The position numbers and the translations under genes were made by a program. A stretch of 64,000 nucleotides of DNA from the human T2T-CHM13v2.0 reference genome, Homo sapiens: NCBI RefSeq assembly GCF_009914755.1, contig NC_060935.1; one strand, 5' to 3'. Shown here piece by piece: positions 1 to 12,698 of the stretch (within the stretch, counting starts at the first letter, position 1; each line of letters starts with the position of its first letter). The notes beneath the pieces were generated by a model, which saw only the letters and a program-made list of their open reading frames with translations, made no database searches and was not told the origin of the DNA.

Positions 1-112
1 ATTAAGTTCCTGTGTTGCTTCTTGGAAAAAAGTTCACAGTGTGAATCCCTACCCACTATTTCGTCTTTCCAAAAGGGAGAGGCATACTAACAATGTCTCC
101 AATCCACCATCT
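1..112 (-). mobile_element. 5' terminus of an older L1 (L1PB/L1P4-like 5' UTR), running off the window start
   Basis: Reverse complement begins AGATGGTGGATTGGAGACATTGTTAGTATGCCTCTCCC, resembling old L1 5' ends with the AAGATGG YY1-type motif. Confidence 0.5.
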
Positions 113-816
113 AAAAAAAAAAAAAAAACCAAAAAAACAGTTTTCTTGACCCTCTTGAATAGAATATTTGTTCTTGAAAAATGTAGAATATTATTATTAA
201 AATTGCTTTCTCATTGTCTCCCATTGGCTTTCGATTTTATTGCATATTTGCTATTTGTACAGAGATGACTTATATTTAAGTTAGGCTTATGGAGGGAAAG
301 ATTATATAGATTGTCTCTCTTGCCAACAGCTTAGTTGGAGCCTTTTATCATCCCATGTCTGTATTACTGACATAACATGGCCTCTCTGTCCATACCCAGC
401 ATGCACAATTCTAAGGGCAATCCCCCTGAGGCTCACAATCATCTCTCGTTCCCCTTGCTCATGTGTCTCATTGCCTACAGAATAAAATTCTTCACTGGGG
501 CTTTCCAATCCTCCCACAATCTGGTACCCCCTCCACGAGCATGTGGACTTCTTTTATTGTCCAAGTTCTGCTTGCCTCCTGCATGACTTATTCTTCTCTT
601 TCTGACTGCTCAAACTTTACCTAGCCATTCTACAAGATTTACTCACATCCTAATGAAGACCTTCATCAATTATTCCACCCTATATTTATGTTTATCCCTA
701 AACCAAGCCACAAATATCAATAGGAAAGAAAGTAAGCCTAGGAAATAGGCATCACTTCACTGGTAACATTGAAACAGCAAGTCTTTCATATACAAATGAA
801 AACATACACATTTTTC

Positions 817-1160
817 TTTTCTTTTTTTTTATTATACTTTAAGTTCTGAGGTACATGTGCACAACGTGCAGTTTTGTTACAATGTATACACGTACCATAG
901 TGGTTTGCTGCACCCATCAACCCATCACCTACATTAGGTATTTCTCCTAATGCTATCCTTCCCCTATCCCCCCACCATGGAATACTATGCAGCCATAAAA
1001 AAGGATGAGTTCATGTCCTTTGCAGGGACATGGATGAAGCTGGAAACCATCATTCTCAGCAAACTATCACAAGAACAGAAAATCAAACACCACATGTTCT
1101 CAATCATAAGTGGGAGTTGAACAAGAAGAACATGTGGACACAGGGAGAGGAACATCACAC
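817..1160 (-). mobile_element. Short L1PA (about PA6-PA8) insertion with 5' inversion
   Basis: 817-976 is the reverse-complement L1 3' end with poly(T); 973-1160 is the adjacent L1 segment in the opposite orientation; TSD ACATACACATTTTTC at 802-816 and 1161-1175. Confidence 0.92.
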
Positions 1161-1264
1161 ACATACACATTTTTCAAAAAGAATTTTGTTAGAATTTGTT
1201 AGAAGAGAAGGTAAAAGAGTGCACTATATCAAGAAAGTGCTTCACTCATGAAATAACATGGTGT

Positions 1265-1470
1265 TAACAGAAAGAGCATACACTTTGGAGCCAGAAGAGC
1301 TGGTTTTGACCTTTTTCTGTGAACTTGACTTAGTTTCATAAATGACCTGAGCCTCACTTTTTCCATATTTAAAAGAGGCGATGCCTATTAGCCTTGGGAG
1401 ATGAAGAATAAGTGATAAACTGTAAGTACTTAGCACAGTGTCTGGCACACTGTGGATGCTCAAAACTTGT
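1265..1470 (+). mobile_element. MIR SINE
   Basis: MIR core (gagcctcactttttccatatttaaaa) and 3' end (cttagcacagtgtctggcacac). Confidence 0.7.
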
Positions 1471-2944
1471 TAGATCCTTTCTGTCTCCCCTTTTTCTTCT
1501 AGTTAAAGCGCCATAAACATAAGAGAAAAGGCACGTTAAAGAACATTTGCGAAAAAGACAGGAGAGAAGAAAAGTGCCTTATAATATCTTATGTTTGAGC
1601 TCCCCTTACATGAAGAACAATCATGTTCTATTCCTGATTAAGCACATGAGAGTATCTCAAAGGTGGACAATTGCCATGAAAAAAACTTTAGTCTTACATT
1701 GGTTTGATTTCTAGCAAAAATTTACCTACCTGGTAGATAGTTTCACTTCAATAGAATTAAAGAAGGCAGTGAAGACTGGTCAATTATGAACCTAATTCCA
1801 ATCAAGAATATAGAAATGTTTGGTGAAGCTGGAATGACCAGAAAACTTGGAAGAAAGTGATCCTGTGTTATCTATTAGTTAGTTAAGAATAGCTACAGAT
1901 GAAAATACCAGCAATCATAGGCTACATTATATGTCACATATGTGCTAGATACTTGAAAAAGAAAAATTCCAAACTGAAAATTGGTACAATCTCATCATCA
2001 TAGAAGAGCAGATCTCAATAGGGAATATAAAGGAAAAATATCTAAAGAAAACAATATGCCCATATAATGAGGAATCACAGTCTTTAAGCTCAAACTTCAG
2101 TAAGGCATAATAGGAGATTCTAGCCCAGAATAAATTGATGAATCAAGATATATGATGGGCAATGATAGAGGGGATTATTGAAGTTATTTACTTGAAACAA
2201 TAAGGAAAAAAATGAGGAAAACCAAAGGAAAAATTAACCGTTGCTGGGAGCAGATGTTCTAAGATTAATTCTGCTCCACATACAGCATTTTCCATCTCAA
2301 CTGATGATGGCAACTCCATCTCTCCAGTAGCAGGCTTACCCTTGACTACTGTTTGTCTCTCATGATACTCATCCAACTTATTAGAAAGTTATATTTGCTC
2401 TATCATCAAAATAATTCAGAATCCAACCATATCTTGCTGCTTCTACTGTTAACCCGCTGTCCGCACTACCAACATCATATGCCCTTCTTCTTCCTCCTAT
2501 AGCTTATTTCCTATTCCCATCCTGCTCTTTCTTTTTAAAAAATGCTTTAAAATCATTTTCCATATGCCAGCAACTGAGCTCAGCACTTAATATTTACTGC
2601 ACTGTTTAATCCTAGCAATAACTCCCAGGCAGCATTATTATTGTAACCATTTTATACACAAAAATTAGGCTGATAGAAATAAATAACTAGTTTGTAATCA
2701 AAGAGACATGAAGTATCAGAGCCAAAGTTTGATTTAAGGGTATCTGAACTATTAAATGCCTTCTATTTTCCTCCTCTTCTATGTGCTCACAGCAATTTGT
2801 ATGGGTCCTCTCTCTGTCACTACCATTACTACACTGAATGGTCATTTTCTATAGTATTTGACTCTCTTTCACACTAGACAGTTAAAATCTAGAGAAAGAA
2901 CTAATATTAGTAATATATGTCATTATTGGGCACTTTCCATGGAT

Positions 2945-3130
2945 TGTTCATTTATTCATTCATCATACTCAATGAGTGTCTGCTACGTACTAGGCACTAT
3001 TCTAGGTACTGGGGAACCAGTGGTGAACAAAATAAGAGAAAAATCCTGCCCCTTAGCAGTTTACATTTTGGTAGAGAAAGAGACAAATAAATGTACAAAT
3101 ATACCTATAATACATCAAGTAATGATAAGG
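2945..3130 (-). mobile_element. L2 3' end
   Basis: ttcatttattcattcatc...gagtgtctgctacgtactaggcactattctaggtactgggga, typical reverse-complement L2 3' terminus. Confidence 0.65.
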
Positions 3131-3782
3131 ACACAGACTCAGGCAGGTTGATGGATGTGGTGGTAGCACTGTATGGAAATTCTCTTCTGAGTCCTTCTGT
3201 CTTTTCACTGAAGTAAGAATCAAAGTCACCAGAAGAGCATAAATATGAGGATGAAGTGTGGAAGATTTGAGGATAGAAAACATAAGAAACAGTCAGATAG
3301 GAACATGTAAGTTATAGTTAACTAGAGATTACAATAAAATCAGTCATCCTCATGTGTTTTCCTCCACATTTAGCTGCTTTGGTTCAAGTGAAGATTTAAC
3401 CAGACAGCAGGCACACGATGTTAAATTCTTGATAGATATTATCTCATTCAAATTTTACAGCTCCGTAGGTTGTTCTCATCCTATATTTTCCAGATAAGGA
3501 AACTGAACTTAGAGAATTTCTCACTTTCCAAAGGTCATGCAGATAGGAAATGTTGGAACTAGGATTTGAATCCAGATTTTTCACCTTCAAACCTTGAGTT
3601 GTTAAATTTGACAAAGGACCATATCAGATGTAGCCTTTATTCTCATCTCTATATGTGCTTAGTAAGTTCTTTTTCAATGAACTAGCTTCAGAAATAAAGT
3701 ACATGAATCCAGGAGACAAATACTTGGCTAAAAGGCAATTCTTACATGTTCTGGCAGGCTGAAAAGTTAGTATGAGTCATCA

Positions 3783-4534
3783 GAGTGACAACATGCAGTA
3801 TTTGGTTTTCTGTTCTTGTGATAGATTGCTGAGAATGATGGTTTCCAGCTTCATCCATGTCCCTGCAATGGACATGAACTCATCCTTTTTTATGGCTGCA
3901 TAGTATTCTATAGTGCATATGTGCCACATTTTCTTTATCCAGTCTATTATTGATGGACATTTGGGTGGGTTCCAAGTCTTTGCTATTGTGAATAGTGCCA
4001 CAATAAACATACGTGTGCATGTGTCTTTATAGTAGAGTGATTTATAATCCCTTGGGTATATACATAGTAATGGGATTGCTGGATCAAATGGTATTTCTGG
4101 TTCTAGATTCTTGAGGAATCACCACACTGTCTTCCACAATGGCTGAACTAATTTACACTCCCACCAACAATGTAAAAGCATTCTGATTTCTCCACATCCT
4201 CTCTAGCATCTGTTGTTTCCTGACTTTTTAATGATCGCCATTCTAACTGGCGTGAGATAGTATTTCATTGTGGTTTTGATTTGCATTTCACTAATGACCA
4301 GTGATGATGAGCATTTTTTCATATGTCTGTTGGCTGCATACATGTCTTCTTTTGAGAAGTGTCTGTTCATATCCTTTGCCCACTTTTTGATGGGGTTGTT
4401 TGTTTTTTTCTTGTAAATTTGTTGAAGTTCTTTGTAGATTCTGGATATTAGCCCTTTTTCGGATGGATAGATTGCAAAAATTTTCTCCCATTCTGTAGGT
4501 TGCCTGTTCACTCTGATGATAGTTTCTTTTGCTG
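3783..4534 (-). mobile_element. L1PA ORF2 C-terminal fragment lacking 3' UTR and poly(A)
   Basis: Minus-strand ORFs 4203-4577 and 3780-4010 give L1 ORF2 peptides ([16 protein letters not shown]; MFIVALFTIAKTWN). Confidence 0.92.
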
Positions 4535-4734
4535 GGTGCCACAGACTTTTAAATGGCCAGATTTCTTGAGAACTCACTCACTATTGTGAGGACAGCACCA
4601 AGTGGATGGTGCTAAACCATTTATGAGAAATTCACCCCCATGATCCAATCACCTCCCAGCAGGCCCCACCTCCAATACTGAGAATTACAATTCAACATGA
4701 GATTTGGGTAGGGGCAAATATCCAAACTATATCT
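4535..4734 (-). mobile_element. MSTB-like MaLR LTR, only one half present
   Basis: ggtgccacagacttttaaa...gaactcactcactat...catgatccaatcacctccc...gagatttgggtaggggcaaatatccaaactatatc matches an MST LTR end. Confidence 0.85.
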
Positions 4735-5039
4735 CTATTCTGCAATTCTGGAGCACACAGAATTAGGGTTTAAAAGGTATATTGTGCCTCAGCAGAAGAA
4801 AGAAGCTGTGACAATTGGAGCTGTTTGAAACCTGTTCCACGGGGAGGTATGTGGCACGTCATTGAAAGGGATGAAGAGGGCCTTCTGTGATCTTTTTATG
4901 GATGTCATAGAGGAGAGTCACAAGGACAGAGAGTAAAACAATTATCTATCTTTCCTGCCAACTCTAAGGAAGTCTGGGATAATAATCTTTCTTTCTGATA
5001 TCCTTTGGTGCGTGTTTTCCTTCACCATACAACCCTTTT

Positions 5040-5260
5040 CCCATTGTCTTCAGTCAAATTGTGTGGGAATCCTAAATCTGACACATATTGTCTGATGCTG
5101 GACAAATTATCTAAGCTCCTTGTGCCTTTCTCCTCATCAATAAAATGAGAACAATGATAGAGTATCTGTTATGGGATTGTTGTGAGATTTATATAAATTA
5201 ATCCATATAAAGTCCTTAGAAGGGTGCATGAAATCATAAGTGCTCAATAAACGTTAGGTT
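5040..5260 (+). mobile_element. MIR SINE
   Basis: Core ctccttgtgcctttctcctcatcaataaaatgagaac and 3' end aagtgctcaataaacgttag. Confidence 0.7.
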
Positions 5261-5300
5261 CATTGTTTTTTAAATTATTTTTCATACACTGCCATTTATG

Positions 5301-5480
5301 GTTTCTTTATTATTTTACGTGTAATTCTTGTTTTCTTCAGATAGATGGTCATTCCAGTCATAGGCGTGAGTATACAGACTATGTTAGTATTAGTGTTTCT
5401 TCATCATTTTGTGTTATTTTTGTTTTCTCCAGCTAGATGGTCATTCTGTTCATAGGACTGAGCATACAGAGTATGTCAGG
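5301..5480. repeat. Diverged tandem duplication of a ~94-bp unit
   Basis: 5301-5394 and 5395-~5480 share gtttct..ttttct(t/c)cag.tagatggtcatt...catagg..tgag.atacaga.tatgt.ag. Confidence 0.85.
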
Positions 5481-6351
5481 TTACTAACAGTCCAACATGA
5501 AAATGTGTGTCTCTCCTTTCAAGCAGGTTACACTTGTTTAGAAGCCCCACTTGTACATTCTCAGCAATACTTTCAGAGTTTTATGGGGTTACCACCTAAA
5601 GATTTTATGTATTTCTTCATCTTTTAAAATAGAAAAGTGCACTCAGACACAATCTCATTTTTCAGGGGTTGCTTTGAGCCTCTAGTCATCATTAGGAAAT
5701 AAACAAAGATTTGTTTTGCATATAGACCATAAAAGTTTTCTGAAAACCTTCAGTGTTGGGCTACACAAGTTGGGGAGGAAGGAAAGGAGCAATATTGGTG
5801 AAAAAATAAAGATAAGTGACATGATCCTCATAGGTCATGAGGAACTTACAATCTAGCGGAAGAGACAGAGCCTTGCCTGAGCCAGCCCTTGCCTACTTTT
5901 CCACCTTCATCTGGTACACGCCCTCTTGCCCCAGTTCTAGCCTTGGTGACTGAGTTTTTCAAGCAAGACAATTCCCATCTTCCCACTGTCCCTCCTACCT
6001 AACACTCTTCCCCCTGCTCTTTGCATGACAGTCTTCTCTCATCCTTCAGAATTTGGCATAAATAGCTTCTCTTTAGCTTGGTGTTTCTTAATCACCATGT
6101 CTAAATGAATTCCCTATCCCAATCCCAAGATTCATTTATTATTGTTATACACCCCATTTGTTACCCTCATAGCACTTGCCAAAATTTTTATTCTTATGTA
6201 TTAATATTTATGTGTTTGCTTCCTTGCTTTTGCACCCTTTTTCCCCAACAAGAGAAGTGATCATATCTATCTTTATTCACAAATGTAATCTCTTTGCATA
6301 GCAAGGATTTCAACAAATGTGTTGTATGAGTGAAAGATTTCAACATAACAT

Positions 6352-6893
6352 AATGAGGACTGGGACTGAGGTGCTGGAGGGCCAGAGAAGTCAGGCAACC
6401 AGAGCACCCTTAGCAGTTGCAGGAGATTTCCAGAAGGGCATTGCAGAGGGTGCCAGTGCCCTGCCATAGCCCCTTAGCACTTGTCACATACATGTCAGCA
6501 GCTTCTTGTTGCAAGACTGCTAATCTCCCCTCTCTGCCTGAGACAGCATGCTTGGCCAGCACACAAGAAAGGACAAAAAGACCCAGGAGTGGATGCCCAG
6601 AGGAGCAGCTCTCAACCAAAAAGGGGTAGGCATGGGTAGCCTGAGCACCTCAGTGTCTTTTCCCCAAGTAGGAAACCTCTAAGGTATATCCTACAGTGTC
6701 CCTATGAAGTCCAGTGATGCTGAACCCCTGTTGCCAAAGCAGTAACGTGTTCATTACAACACGTTCCAGAGGTTTTCTTTCCTGTCTTAATTCCCCATCT
6801 TCTATGAGTGTTTCTGGATAGACTGCCTCAATAAATTTCTTGCATTCAAATCTTCATCACAGGGTCAGCTTCAGGAAAATCTCAACATAAAAG
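6352..6893 (+). mobile_element. LTR16-like ERVL solo LTR
   Basis: 3' end aataaatttcttgcattcaaatcttcatcacagggtcagcttcaggaaaatctcaacataaaaga resembles the LTR16 terminus; more GC-rich than its flanks. Confidence 0.65.
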
Positions 6894-7713
6894 AAGTGAT
6901 CAGAATCTTGAAAGACATGTAGAATTCTTTCTACATGTTAAAAAAAAAATCTGAAGAGGGCAGGATCTCCATAGTGCACGAGAAGAAAATCAAAGCTCTG
7001 TTTTCCACTAAGCTGCCTTTCCTCTAGGACAGGTCAGACTTTGTTTTTGTCAGGGCCCCTAGAAGGTATTTACAGGAAGAGACAGTAAGAGATTGGCTGA
7101 TCCCCTGCATATTCAATAAGCTATTTCAGAGCCAACAGCTCAGTTCAGTGCAGGTGGAGAGAAGGTCCTAAACTCTTGAAATAACACATTGCAACCCAGC
7201 ATGCTGTGCTCATGAATCTTTAACTAAAGAGCTTCTTTGTGTCTTTTCCTTTTTTGAAATACAGCTCAGGATCCAGGAATGTGATGCTTAACCCTGAAAA
7301 GGAAACCTTGTGCAAATGGTTCCTTGAAAACCAGCATGTAGCCTGTTCATAAATTTTATGATGTGTGAAGCACATGTTCAAGGAAGTATTTATTAGTAAG
7401 ACCATAAGTTAAATTAGGAAGGGTGGATCATATCTTAAATATTCCATCATTTTTCGTAATGTTTATGTACCCAGACCCAAGTGTGAAACTTAAATTTGTT
7501 TTTAATGTATTCTCCTGATAAATGATTTACTCTAGTCAAATGTATTTTCTTTTGGTTCCCTGGATAGTCATGTTTTACAGTTGGGGGAAGATAAGAAAAT
7601 CCTTTTAAATTACTCTTTCAACACATACAAAGTTAAAATTTCTGTGCAGACATCATAGAATAATTTTCCTGCTGGACTTAATAAAATGTAGTATGATTTC
7701 AGGTATATTAGTA

Positions 7714-8047
7714 CAGGCATACTTTGTTTTATTACACTTCACTTTACTGAGCTTCACAGATACTGCATTTTTTACAAATTGAAGGCTTGTAGCAACACGC
7801 AAGCAAGTCTATCAGCACATTTTTCCAACAGCATGTACTCACTTTTTGCCTCTGTGTCACATTTTGGCAATTATCTTAGTATCTCAAACTGTTTAATTAT
7901 TTTCATAACTGTTATAGTGATCTGTGATCAGTGATCTTTGAGCTTACTACTGTAATTTTTCTGGGGTACCATAACCAGCACTCATATATGACAGATAATT
8001 TAATAAATGTATGTGTTCTGACCACTTTACTGTCCAGCCACATTCCC

Positions 8048-8091
<44 letters not shown>

Positions 8092-10130
8092 GCCTCCCTG
8101 TTCCCTGAGAGACAACAATATTTAAGTTAGGCAAATTAATAACCCCACAATGACCTCTAAGTCTTTCAGTGAAAGGAAGAGTTGCATGTCTCTCACTTTA
8201 AATCAAGAGCTAGAAATTATTATGTTTAGTGAGAAAGGCATGAAAGCTGAGGGAGGCCAAAAGCTAGGCCTCTTGCACCAGACTGTCAGCCAAGTTGTGA
8301 AGAATGCAAAGGAAAAGTTACAGAAGGAAATTGAAAGTGCTACTCCAGTAAACACACAAATGATAAGAAAGCAAAACAGCCTTACTGCTGATGTGGAGAA
8401 AGTTTGAGGGGTCTGAATAGAAGATCAAACCAGCCACATTTCCTTAAGCCAAAGCCTAATTCAGAGCAAGGCCCTAACTCTGTTTAATTCTGTGAAGCCT
8501 GAGAGAGGTAAAGAAGCTATAGAAGAAAAGTCTGGCAGTAGCAGAGGTTGGTTCATGAGGTTTAAGGAAAGAAGTTTTCTTTATAACATGAAAGTGCAAG
8601 GTGAAGTAGCAATTGTGATGGAGAAGCTGCAGCAAGTGATCTGGAAGATCTAGCTAAGATCATTGATGAAGGTGGATACACTAAGTAGCAGATTGTCCAT
8701 GTAGATAAAATGCCTAATATTGGAAAAGATGCCATCCAGGATTTTCATAGCTAAAAAAGAGAGGTCAATGCCTAGCTTCAACACTCCAAAAAACAGACTG
8801 ACCCTTTTGTTAGGGACCAATACAGCTATTGACTTTAAGTTGAAACCAATGATCATTTACTATTCTGAAAATTCTAGGACCATTAAGAATTATACTGAAT
8901 CTGTTCTGCCTGTGCTCTATCAATGGAAAAACAAAACCTGGATGACCATACGTCTATTTACAGCATGGCTTACTGAATATTTGTTCAATAGCTGTTGAGA
9001 CTCACTGCTCAGAAAGAGAAGATGCTTTTCAAAATACTACTTTTCACTGACAATGTAACTAGTCATTCAAAAGCTCTTATTAAGATGTACAAGGAGATTG
9101 ATGCTGTTTTTATGCCTGCTAACGCAACATTCATTCTGCAGCCCAGGGAGCAAGGAGTCATTTTGACTTCCAGTCTTATCATTTAAGAAACACACATTTT
9201 ATAAGGTTATTGCTGCCACAGATAGTGTTTCCTCTGATGGCTGTGGGCAAAATAAATTGGAAAACTTCTGGAAAGGATTCACCATTCTAGATGCTATTAT
9301 GAACGTTTTTGATTCATGGGAGGAGGTAAAAATACTAACATTAACAGGAGTTTGGAAGAAGTTGATTTCAGCCCTCATGGATGGCTTTGAGGGGTTCAAG
9401 ACTTCAGCAGAGGAAGTAACTGAAGATGTGGTGGAAATAGCAAGAGAACTAGAATTAGAAGTAGAGCCTGAAGATGTAACTAAATTGCTACAATCTCATA
9501 ATAAAACTTGAATGAATGAGGAGTTGATTCTTTTGAATGGGCAAAGAAAGTGGTTTCTTGAGATGGAATCTACTCCTGGTGAAGATGATGTGGACATTGT
9601 TGAAATGAAAACGAAGGATTTAGAATACTACATAAATGCTGTTTATAAAGTAGTGGCAGAGACTGAGAAGATTTACCCAAATTTTGAAAGAAGTTCCACT
9701 GTGGAAAAATGCTATCAAACAGCATCACATACTACAAAGAAATACTTCGTGAAAGAAAGAATTAATAATGGAGCAGACTTCACTGTTGTCTTAAGAAACT
9801 GCCACAGCCACCCCAGCCCTCACCAACTTCCACTCTGATCAGTCAGCAACCATCAACTTTGAGGCAAGACCCTCCACCAGCAAAAAGATTATGACTCACA
9901 GAAGACTAAGATGATCATTAGCAATTTTTAGCAATAAAGCATTTTTTAATTAAGGTATACATATTTTTCAGATGTAGTGCTGTTTCATACTTACAGACTA
10001 CAGTATAATGTAAACATAAATTTTATATGCATTAGGAAACCAAAAATTCTGCATGACTCACTTTCTTTAGCTATTCACTTTGTTGTGGCAGTCTGGAACC
10101 CAACCCGCAGTAACTCCAAGGGTATGTCTA
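7714..10130 (+). mobile_element. Full-length Tigger1 DNA transposon (TcMar-Tigger) with decayed transposase
   Basis: Ends TA|CAGGCATAC... and ...GGTATGTCTA|TA (terminal inverted repeats with TA TSD), about 2.4 kb. ORF fragments from 8150 ([24 protein letters not shown]), 8720, 8995 and 9257 are pogo/CENP-B-type transposase pieces broken by stops and frameshifts. Confidence 0.95.
8051..8089. repeat. (TC)19 microsatellite inside Tigger1
   Basis: Pure TC run read directly. Confidence 0.95.
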
Positions 10131-11639
10131 TATCCCTGAAAATTAAAGCATTTTGCATTCAGGCCACTATGAAGAATTTGAAAACTGGTTAGTCACAGCA
10201 GCGTCTGTGAAAGTCATATTTAGCATAATCAAATTTAGGAGAGGCTCATATTGGTACACAGGTTCTAATGGGCTATGGCCCTTAGTCTCTGATTTCAGCA
10301 AAACTCCTAACTAGAGCACTCCAACAGAGAGCTATGGTTGAAAAAGTATACATTTTGAAGAACTGAAAAACCATTATAACCACACTGTGATGGTAAAGTC
10401 CTGTAAAATCATAATTATTTATACTACAGACTATGCTGCCTATTGTATTGACAGCTGTGCATTATCCTAGAGTCTCTTTGTGTGAATATGGTTAACTTTA
10501 CACATCTAAAAGATAATATATTTTTTAAAGAATATAAATCTTTCTGTATTTTTAAAACAAAGTATATTATAGGTGAGTGTGTGTGGGTGCTATTTTATAA
10601 TGGAAAAAAAAGCTCATATAGAAACAAAAATTCATCGAAACATGCTATGGAAGTATGTAGTGTGTGCCCTAATCAGATGCTTCACTTCTTGAATGAACAA
10701 TGTAGTCAAAATATAAACTCAACGTTTAAAGAAAATTCATCTTGTGAAAATGATTTTTCAATCACTGTGTATTATATTTCCCTGCCACATGGTCACTGAA
10801 ACTCTCTGGAAAGTGATAATGACCTTAAGTAAAACCAAAAAGGCATGGATCACTGAAATATAGTGGCACATACTAAAGAAGAGAAGCTAGCTGATTTTTC
10901 AGTGTGCAAAGCCTTGGTTCATTTCACCAAAGGTGAATAGCAATGTTGTTTCAGTGTTGTGCAATGAAACCTGCTCATAGTGCTTTTCCTGCATTTAAAA
11001 TTCTGACTAGGAGCCAAGGTTTATCTTTAAACACCCATGCTTGAACAAGTTCAGACAAAATGTTCCTAATTGTAACTTGCTCTGCTTTCATTTTTATCTA
11101 GTAGATTTCCTTTATGAGGGACAGACTAAGCTATGGATATTCAGACACAGGACATAAAAATACCCATGATGATAGTACTTCAAGGCATCAAGTGTTTATT
11201 TTATATGCAGTTGTTAAAATTATAGATTTTTGAATCAGTCACTTGGATTTGACTAAGTAGTCTTATAAATCATTAGCTGCATGACTTGGAACTCTGTTCC
11301 CTTCTCTATAACACAGCAACACTGAAAACATCTGTTACATATATTTGCTGTGGAGATTAAAAGAAATAAGGTACTAGCACTGTGCCTGACCTATTCAGCA
11401 AATATTAGCTATTATTATTGATACTATGGATCTTCTATGTGCCATGTACTGTACCAAACTCCTTTCATAATATTATTACATGGTCATAAAAGATCTGCAG
11501 AGTAAGCATAACTGTCTCTATTTTATAAAAGAGTGAGACACAGAGAAGAAGCCAAGAAATGATAGCACCTGGTAAGAGGCTGGACAATGATTCAAACCCA
11601 AGTCTCTTGCCTCCATGCTCTTTTCTTCATGCATGACGT

Positions 11640-11838
11640 ATCTAGTGCAGTACCAGTCACATACATATGGCTATTTATTTAAATTAATTAAAATTAAATA
11701 AAGTAAACACTTTAGTGCCTCTGTTTCGCCAGCCAGATGTCAAATCTCAATAACCATGTGTTTCTAGTAGCTATGATATTGGACAGCACAGATATGGAAT
11801 ATTTCCATTATTGCAGAAAGCCCTATTGGACAGTACTA
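11640..11838 (-). mobile_element. MER3 (hAT-Charlie MITE)
   Basis: tattggacagcacagatatggaatatttccattattgcagaaagccctattggacagtac with an AT-rich ttaaattaattaaaattaaataaa centre. Confidence 0.8.
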
Positions 11839-12698
11839 TAGTCTGTACCACTATCATCTCTCTAGGCTGCTTTACTCTCAATAGGAAACAATACATTTTT
11901 CTTAAAATCTTAATAAATGCTCATATATAAATTACTTAAACAGCTGTAGTAAAGGCAACACATTTACTATAGATAATCATGTAGACAATACCTAATTCCA
12001 TACAACAGTCTACATAGGAATAGAAAATACATTTTTGGACCAATTACCACAGTGCCAGAAAACTAGAATTTTCAGCTGCTATTTAGGCAAACGTTTTATT
12101 CAGTGATAAGAACAAATGGTGATGGGAAATCGAAAAATCAATATGAAAATGCCAAGTGAGTCTTTAACATCCCATCCACTTCTAATACTCCATGAGCCCC
12201 TGATTTCTAACAAGCTTAAAGCTGTTTTCAATAAATCTTTTAATGTTCTGGACATGGTCCACTTAGGTGTGAGCTTTGGAAAGAGGAAATGGTGATTTGT
12301 TATTCATGCCCTTAACACTGATGTTTTGGCCAGTAAATTTTTCTTCTCACTAAAACCCAAATGACCTTTCTAGTTAGGCAGTCAGTATGTAATTTGTATA
12401 ACATTTATCATCCTCTTCCTGCCAACCTTTTTAATTGGTATCAGATATTACAATCAGAGGACTGTAAACACAATGAGCAAATGGGAGTGGCAAAGCAAAC
12501 AATCACATAATCCAATATTCAAAACAAAGCCACATCTATTGCCTCTCTGAGAAGAGGCTCTTACCATATGAAATCAATCCCGTTTTCTTTTGGAAATAGT
12601 TTAAGTATGAGGGACTGCCCTGGGGAACTTCACGAACATGAAAGAGTAGCTGGGCATCAAGAAAGAACACTAGACAAGGGATCGGAAAATTGAATACC

